NCBI GenBank assembly: GCA_044344255.1
Contig: JBIJDH010000010.1
Coordinates: forward strand, 1-64,000
From: Myxococcota bacterium
GTDB taxonomy: Bacteria > Myxococcota_A > UBA796 > UBA2385
DNA length: 64,000 nt
Direction of reading: 5' to 3'
In this document: positions 58,784 to 64,000 of the stretch, piece after piece
Numbering within the stretch: position 1 is the first letter of the stretch
How the letters are laid out: every line of letters starts with the position of its first letter
Notes under the pieces: generated by a model
What the model was told of the DNA's origin: nothing
What the model saw: only the letters and a program-made list of their open reading frames with translations
Database searches by the model: none
Position numbers and translations under genes: made by a program

Positions 58784-60124
58784 ATGAGCAGCCAGCCCCC
58801 CGAGCCCGCCCGGAACAGCTACCTCGAAGAGGTGCTCCAACAGCAGGAGGTCGTGGCGCGGGAGCTCCGCAAGTCCCCTCGCCAGGAGATGTCGAGCAAC
58901 ATGGCCCCGGCGCCGATGGCCACCCGCGGGCGGATGGTGATGGGCGGTGGGGGCCCCGGGGCGAACCCGAGCTCGGGCGGGGGCGACGTCCGCGTCGTCG
59001 GCTGGTGGCGCTTCAAGACGGTGATCGTGCCGCCCAACGTCTACGCGGTGCACACCCGCAAGGGCCACGCGGAGCCGCTGCACATCGGCCTCGGCCAGAG
59101 CTTCTCCTACGATCCCTCCCGCGACGCCTTCCTCACCATGCCCGCGGCGATGCAGACGATCGCGATCAACGCCCGCTGCATCTGCAAGGAGCGACAAGGG
59201 ATCCTGGTGCAGGCCTATGTGCAGTGGATCATCGCCGACATCCAGACCGCCTACCGGCGCCTCGACTTCTCCGACACCGAAGATCCGATGAAGATCGTCA
59301 ACGTCCAGCTCCGGGAGCAGGCGGAGGCGGCGATCAAGGACAAGGTGAGCACGATGGGCATCGACGAGGTGCTCGCCGACAAGCAGCCCATCATCGAGGA
59401 CCTCATCCTGCGCCTCCGCAGCGTGGCCGAAGGAAAGGAGGGCGAGGGCCTCGGCCTCAAGATCGTCACCGTCCAGATCAAGGAGGCGGTGGTGAGCTCC
59501 ACCCGCCTCTGGCAGAACCTCCAGACCCCCTTCCGCGCCGAGCAGGCCCGCATCGCCGACCTCGCGCAGATCGACAACGAGCGCGTCGTCACCGCGATGC
59601 GCCTCACCCAGCGCCGCGAGGCCGAGCTCGCCGAGCTCGCCGCCCGCCGCACCCTCGAGGAGACCCGCGCCCGCGAGGAGGCCGTGATCGAGAGCACGCA
59701 GGCCGCCGTCGCCCTCGAGGTGGCCCTGGCCAAGGCCCGCCACGCCGTGGCCCTCGCCGAGGCCCGCACCGCCGAGCTCGCCGCCCAGGTGCAGGTCGAC
59801 GCCGCCGAGGCCGAGCGGGCGCGCACCCAGCAGGCGGCCCGCCTCACCCGCGAGCTCGACGCCGCCAAGGCCGAGGTCGAACGCGCCGAGGGCTCGCTCA
59901 GCATCGACGAGAAGCGCCGCGCCATCGAGGCGAACGTCAGCGAGGGCATGCTCCAGCGTGAGCTCATCCAGGCCCTCCCGAAGCTCGCCGCCCACCTCCC
60001 GCGCCCCGACAAGAGCGAGCAGATCATCCTCCACGGGGGCGCCGAGGCCCCCGCCCTGGGCGCGCTCGTGGCCTTCGTGAAGGTGGTCCAGGAGCTGTTC
60101 CCGAAGGCGAAGCGGGAGGCTTGA
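58784..60124 (+). CDS. SPFH/flotillin-like protein
   Basis: 'VIVPPN', 'QLREQAEAAIK..VSTM..DEVL.DK', 'GLKIVTVQIKE', long AE-rich coiled coil. Confidence 0.85.
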   Translation: MSSQPPEPARNSYLEEVLQQQEVVARELRKSPRQEMSSNMAPAPMATRGRMVMGGGGPGANPSSGGGDVRVVGWWRFKTVIVPPNVYAVHTRKGHAEPLHIGLGQSFSYDPSRDAFLTMPAAMQTIAINARCICKERQGILVQAYVQWIIADIQTAYRRLDFSDTEDPMKIVNVQLREQAEAAIKDKVSTMGIDEVLADKQPIIEDLILRLRSVAEGKEGEGLGLKIVTVQIKEAVVSSTRLWQNLQTPFRAEQARIADLAQIDNERVVTAMRLTQRREAELAELAARRTLEETRAREEAVIESTQAAVALEVALAKARHAVALAEARTAELAAQVQVDAAEAERARTQQAARLTRELDAAKAEVERAEGSLSIDEKRRAIEANVSEGMLQRELIQALPKLAAHLPRPDKSEQIILHGGAEAPALGALVAFVKVVQELFPKAKREA

Positions 60125-60172
60125 GGCGGTCAGGAGGCAGAAGAGGCGCCCCGAATCCGCTACCATCCCCCC

Positions 60173-62029
60173 ATGCGCCGCCTCACCCCGCTCCGAGCCG
60201 CCCTCGCCCTCTCGCTCCTCTCCACCGGGTCGGGCGCGGGCTGCTCCGGCGAGGGCCCCGCGGCCAAGGACGCCGCCCCCATCGACTGGTGCGAGGGGTC
60301 GGTCCCCTACCGTTACGCGCCCGACGAAGCGCTCAGCACCTTCCCCGACGACCACTGGACCGTGGCGGACCCCAGCACCGCCACCGGCCTGCGCGTCCGC
60401 TTCGACGCGGCCGACCCTGCCCTCGCCGTGCTCCAGACCGAGTACGGCGGCCTGCTCGATCAGGCCAACACCCTCGACGGCTTCGGCCTCAGCCCTGACC
60501 TCATCCTCCGCTTCGACGCCCCCCTCCCGGCCCTGGACGCGCTCGACGTGCGGCTCCTGGCGATGGAGGAGGGCGCCTGGGTGGCGCAGGCGTTCGGCCT
60601 CTCTACCCTCGACCAGGGCGAGACCCTCGTCGTCCGCCCCTGGAGGCCGCTGCCGCCCGGCGCCCGGGTGGTGCTCGCCGTGACGACCGACGCCGCCGAT
60701 CCGGGCTGCCTCTCCCCTTCGGCTGACCTCCGCGCCCTCCTCACCCCGGGGAGCGAGGCCCCCCTCGCCGAGCGCTACGCCGAGGGCCTCGCCGCCCTTG
60801 ACCTCGGCCCTGCGCAGGTGGGGGCGATGACCGTCTTCACCACCCAGTCTGCGCTCGACGTGGACAGAGCCGTGCTCGCCGACGTCTCGACGCGGGCCTA
60901 CCCCTACGCCCCGCTCGGCGCCTGCACGACCGAGGACACCGTCCGCCGCTGCGACGGCGAGGTCGAGGTGATGGACTACCGCGCGAGCGACGGCATCGTG
61001 CCCGACGGCCCCGTCGACGCCCAGGGGAGCTACCGCCTGCCCGTGGCGATCTGGTTGCCGCCGGCCGAGGTGCCCGGGCCCTATCCGGTGGTGATGTGCG
61101 GGCACGGCCTCGGCGGCTCGAAGGGCCAGTGTGACTCCATCGCCCGCCTGAGCGCCGCCCAGGGCATCGCCACGGTCGGCGTCGACGCCCAGCAGCACGG
61201 CGATCACCCGCTCCGCGCCGAGGGCGACGGGCCGCTCGACCAGATCATGGCCCTCTTCGGCTTCACGCTCAGCCCCCCCTCCCTCGACACCTTCGTGTGG
61301 AGGGACAACTTCCGGGCCTCGGCCTGGGACAAGCTCCAGATCATCGCCGCCATCCGCCAGGGCCTCGACGCCGACGGAGACGGCCAGGCAGACCTCGACG
61401 GTGAACACATCCAATACGCCGGCGCCAGCCTCGGCGGCATCATGGGGCCCGAGCTGATGGCCTGGGGGGCCACCGAGAGCGGCGTCCTCGCCGTGCCCGG
61501 CGGCGGCATGCTGCGGCTCGTGCTCGACTCCGACTCCTTCGGCATCATCGGCTTCGCCATGACGCCGGAGGGCTGGACCGAGGACGACCTCCAGCGCACC
61601 CTGCCCATCGTCCAGATGCTGATCGACCCCGGTGACCCCCTCGTCCACGCCGCCGAGCTCTCGCGCAGAAGGGCCCAAGGGCCCGAGCAGGACGTGCTGA
61701 TGCTGATGGCCCTCGACGACGCCATCGTCCCCAACTCTTCCACCCAGGTGCTCGCGCAGGCCTTCGAGGTGGAGGGCGTGGGCCGCGCGTTGCTGCCGAT
61801 CGACGGGGTCACCTTCACGGCCGGCCCGCTCAGCGCCAACCTCGAAGACGGAGCCACCGGCGCCATCGTGGAGTTCGACCTCACCCAGCCCGAGGAGGGC
61901 GCCGAGTGGGAGGCGGCCGACCACTCCACCCTCCACGAGAGCGTGCAGGGCGAGCAGATGATGTCCGACTTCCTCCTCGACGTGCTGGCAGGGCAGACGC
62001 CGGTGGTGGTGGACCCCTACGCCGAGTGA
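60173..62029 (+). CDS. Secreted alpha/beta-hydrolase (lipase-like) with an N-terminal Ig-like region
   Basis: Signal with Cys; 'FPDD', 'LDGFG', 'FTTQ', 'HGLGG', nucleophile elbow 'GASLGGI', 'D.IVPN', C-terminal His. Confidence 0.8.
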   Translation: MRRLTPLRAALALSLLSTGSGAGCSGEGPAAKDAAPIDWCEGSVPYRYAPDEALSTFPDDHWTVADPSTATGLRVRFDAADPALAVLQTEYGGLLDQANTLDGFGLSPDLILRFDAPLPALDALDVRLLAMEEGAWVAQAFGLSTLDQGETLVVRPWRPLPPGARVVLAVTTDAADPGCLSPSADLRALLTPGSEAPLAERYAEGLAALDLGPAQVGAMTVFTTQSALDVDRAVLADVSTRAYPYAPLGACTTEDTVRRCDGEVEVMDYRASDGIVPDGPVDAQGSYRLPVAIWLPPAEVPGPYPVVMCGHGLGGSKGQCDSIARLSAAQGIATVGVDAQQHGDHPLRAEGDGPLDQIMALFGFTLSPPSLDTFVWRDNFRASAWDKLQIIAAIRQGLDADGDGQADLDGEHIQYAGASLGGIMGPELMAWGATESGVLAVPGGGMLRLVLDSDSFGIIGFAMTPEGWTEDDLQRTLPIVQMLIDPGDPLVHAAELSRRRAQGPEQDVLMLMALDDAIVPNSSTQVLAQAFEVEGVGRALLPIDGVTFTAGPLSANLEDGATGAIVEFDLTQPEEGAEWEAADHSTLHESVQGEQMMSDFLLDVLAGQTPVVVDPYAE

Positions 62030-62068
62030 GGGGGCGGGGCGGGGCAGGGAGGGGCGCGGAGGGGCGGG
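62030..62068 (+). other. G-run cluster (G-quadruplex-capable)
   Basis: GGGGG-C-GGGG-C-GGGG-CA-GGG-A-GGGG..GGGG-C-GGG. Confidence 0.5.
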
Positions 62069-62135
62069 AGGCGCCCGGCCCGGATCCGATGATAAGCCCC
62101 GCGCGGCCAGCCTCCCAAGGCTCCGGAGGGATCCC

Positions 62136-63413
62136 GTGCACCTGAAGTCCATCCACGTGGCGCATATCAAGAGCCTCCACGAGGTCGGCCTCACCTTCGG
62201 CGACGCCGACCTCCCGGGCTGGCACGTCATCCTCGGCGACAACAGCTCGGGGAAGACCACCCTCATCCGAGCCATCGCCCTCGCGTTGGTGGGCCCCCAA
62301 GAGGCCATGGCCCTCCGGGAGGACTGGACGCGGTGGGTGGAGATTGGTGAGGTGCTCGGCACGGTCAGCCTGGATCTCACCTACGACACCGAATGGGACA
62401 CCGCGACCGGCACTGGGCGAGCCTACAAGCATCGCTCCTTCGAGGTCGCCCTGAGCGTGTCCAAGGTGACCCGGACCGGGAACGGCAAGGGGACCCTCCC
62501 AGCTCAGGCGCAGCTCGAGGGAAACACCCCGCCGCGGCGTTACGTCTGGGGCTCGAACCGTGGTTGGTTCTCGGCCTCTTTCGGTCCGTCTCGGCGCTTC
62601 ACTGGCGGGAACGGCGACTACCAGCGGGTCTTCTTCTCCAACCCGCGGGTCGCACGCCACCTCTCGGCGTTCAGCGAGCAGGTGGCCCTCTCGGAGGCGC
62701 TCATGTGGCTCGTCGAGCGGCAGCGGACCGGCAATGGAGCGCTGGTGGAGCGCGTCCGGGCCTTCCTCAACGGCTCGCACCTCCTCCCGCACGAGGTGAG
62801 GCTCGAAGCCGTCACCGACCAGAGTCTCCAATTCATCGACGGCAACGGCGTCACCGTCGACGTGACCGAGCTCTCGGACGGCTACCGCTCCATCCTCAGC
62901 CTCGCGCTGGAGCTGCTCCGCCAGATGGAGGCCTGCTACGGCCTGCAGGGGCTCTTCGACCCCGAGGGCGGCCATGTCCTCGCCCCTGGCGTCGTGCTGA
63001 TCGACGAGATCGACGCCCACCTCCACCCCTCCTGGCAAACGACCGTGGGGGACTGGTTCACGTCCCGCTTCCCGAACGTTCAATTCATCGTGGCCACCCA
63101 CAGCGCCCTGGTTTGCCGCTCCATCGGCGCCACGGGCCGCGTCTTTCGCCTCCGGGCTCCCGGGATGGAGGGAGGTCAGGTGACGGAGATCACCGGCGAA
63201 GATCGGGACAAGCTCTGGTACGGGAGCCTCGGCACGGCCCTCGAGTCAGCCGCCTTCGGCCTCGACGTCGGGCGCTCGGCCTACGGCTGGGAGCGGGTTG
63301 AGGAGCTGCGCGCGCTGACCTCGGCGTCCCGGTCCCGTGATCTCGCTCCCTCCGAGCGCGAACGGCTCCAGCACCTCCGGTCGGTGCTCACGGACGCCAG
63401 GGAGAACGGGTGA
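62136..63413 (+). CDS. ABC/AAA-type ATPase, PtuA-like (Septu/retron-effector type)
   Basis: Walker A GDNSSGKTT, signature 'LSDGY', Walker B 'VLIDEIDAHLHPSWQ', 'FPNVQFIVATHS'. Confidence 0.88.
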   Translation: MHLKSIHVAHIKSLHEVGLTFGDADLPGWHVILGDNSSGKTTLIRAIALALVGPQEAMALREDWTRWVEIGEVLGTVSLDLTYDTEWDTATGTGRAYKHRSFEVALSVSKVTRTGNGKGTLPAQAQLEGNTPPRRYVWGSNRGWFSASFGPSRRFTGGNGDYQRVFFSNPRVARHLSAFSEQVALSEALMWLVERQRTGNGALVERVRAFLNGSHLLPHEVRLEAVTDQSLQFIDGNGVTVDVTELSDGYRSILSLALELLRQMEACYGLQGLFDPEGGHVLAPGVVLIDEIDAHLHPSWQTTVGDWFTSRFPNVQFIVATHSALVCRSIGATGRVFRLRAPGMEGGQVTEITGEDRDKLWYGSLGTALESAAFGLDVGRSAYGWERVEELRALTSASRSRDLAPSERERLQHLRSVLTDARENG

Positions 63414-64000
63414 TGCTGCGCTTCCAGCCAGCACCGCTCACCGCCAGCGAACTGACCACGCTCAGCAACCTCACCCAAGCCGCCATCGTTGGACGCTACG
63501 CGGACCAGGTCGAGCGGGTGAACACAGCAGGCTTCTGGTCTGCCCCCAAGCTGGGCACGGCGAGAGCGAAGATCGAGGCCGCGCGCCCCCGCCAGGACCG
63601 GTGTGTGTACTGTGAAGACTCGGTCGGCAGCGAGATCGACCACCTCCAGCCGAAGACGCTGCACCCCTGGCTGACCTTCTGCTGGGAGAACCTGATCCCA
63701 GCCTGCTCGGTCTGCGGGAACGCAAGCCACAAGGGGGCCAAAGACGCGATCTGCGACCCCGCTCACCCAGGCCAGTGGGTCGAGATCAGCAGAACACGCA
63801 GGGAGAGAAGCGACCGCAGCCCCACAAGCCAACCGAGGGACGGCCGAACCGCATGGTTGAACCCTCGCCTCTGCGATCCGCTCTCCCTCCTCCGCTTGGA
63901 CATCCGCGACGGGACCTTTCGGTTCGACATCATCGCCAGCGCGGGGACTGAAGCCTACGCGCGCGCCAGATGGACGGTGGACACCCTCAAGCTGAACACA
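63413..64000 (+). CDS. HNH endonuclease, PtuB-like (3' end beyond window; absent from ORF track)
   Basis: TGATG overlap with the ATPase; translates MLRFQP...'RCVYCEDSVGSEIDHLQPKTLHPWLTFCWENLIPACSVCGN..HKG'...'LNP...DP'...'TVDTLKLN'. Confidence 0.88.
   Translation, partial: MLRFQPAPLTASELTTLSNLTQAAIVGRYADQVERVNTAGFWSAPKLGTARAKIEAARPRQDRCVYCEDSVGSEIDHLQPKTLHPWLTFCWENLIPACSVCGNASHKGAKDAICDPAHPGQWVEISRTRRERSDRSPTSQPRDGRTAWLNPRLCDPLSLLRLDIRDGTFRFDIIASAGTEAYARARWTVDTLKLNT

Noticed and set aside
62030..62135. Retron msr/msd ncRNA upstream of the ATPase
   Set aside because: Only about 105 bp, no a1/a2 inverted repeats and no RT gene in view
63281..63832. Minus-strand ORFs at the right edge
   Set aside because: Antisense to the plus-strand HNH gene, which has clear motifs and translational coupling

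Overview
Very GC-rich bacterial DNA, most likely Myxococcota or a related deltaproteobacterial lineage. This is inferred from MYXO-CTERM-like tails, MopE-type DxDGDG/'WYDGVDQDC' repeats, an AgmX/PglI-type C-terminal domain, a Ser/Thr kinase-FGE fusion and a sigma54 promoter. About 50 genes look real; most other ORFs in the track are antisense or frame shadows. Main content: many secreted or lipoprotein surface proteins (CotH kinase, LTD, FG-GAP, lectin, BNR); a 2-aminoethylphosphonate uptake and catabolism operon (ABC, phnW, phnX, then a porin-like gene and an LTD lipoprotein) divergent from a sulfonate/nitrate-type ABC transporter; a MacAB-TolC-type exporter; copA; pncA with a 21-bp NrtR-type operator; and a MATE/GT2 pair. 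A Septu-like ATPase plus HNH defence pair runs off the right edge, and the HNH gene is missing from the ORF track. Best candidate for an under-described system: an operon encoding a GT4, a TMTC-like GT-C/TPR membrane glycosyltransferase, a polyprenol-phosphate-mannose synthase and an Ig/lectin lipoprotein, i.e. a possible bacterial TMTC-type protein O-mannosylation pathway. Other notable items: an Rpn-like nuclease with a candidate intragenic antitoxin start, a truncated Kir channel, a 1.5-kb mosaic of deleted gene fragments, and several intergenic spacers built from tandem duplication of the stop/start junction itself. I recognised no rRNA, tRNA, CRISPR array, integrase or transposase. All family calls come from motif reading by eye; no searches were run.
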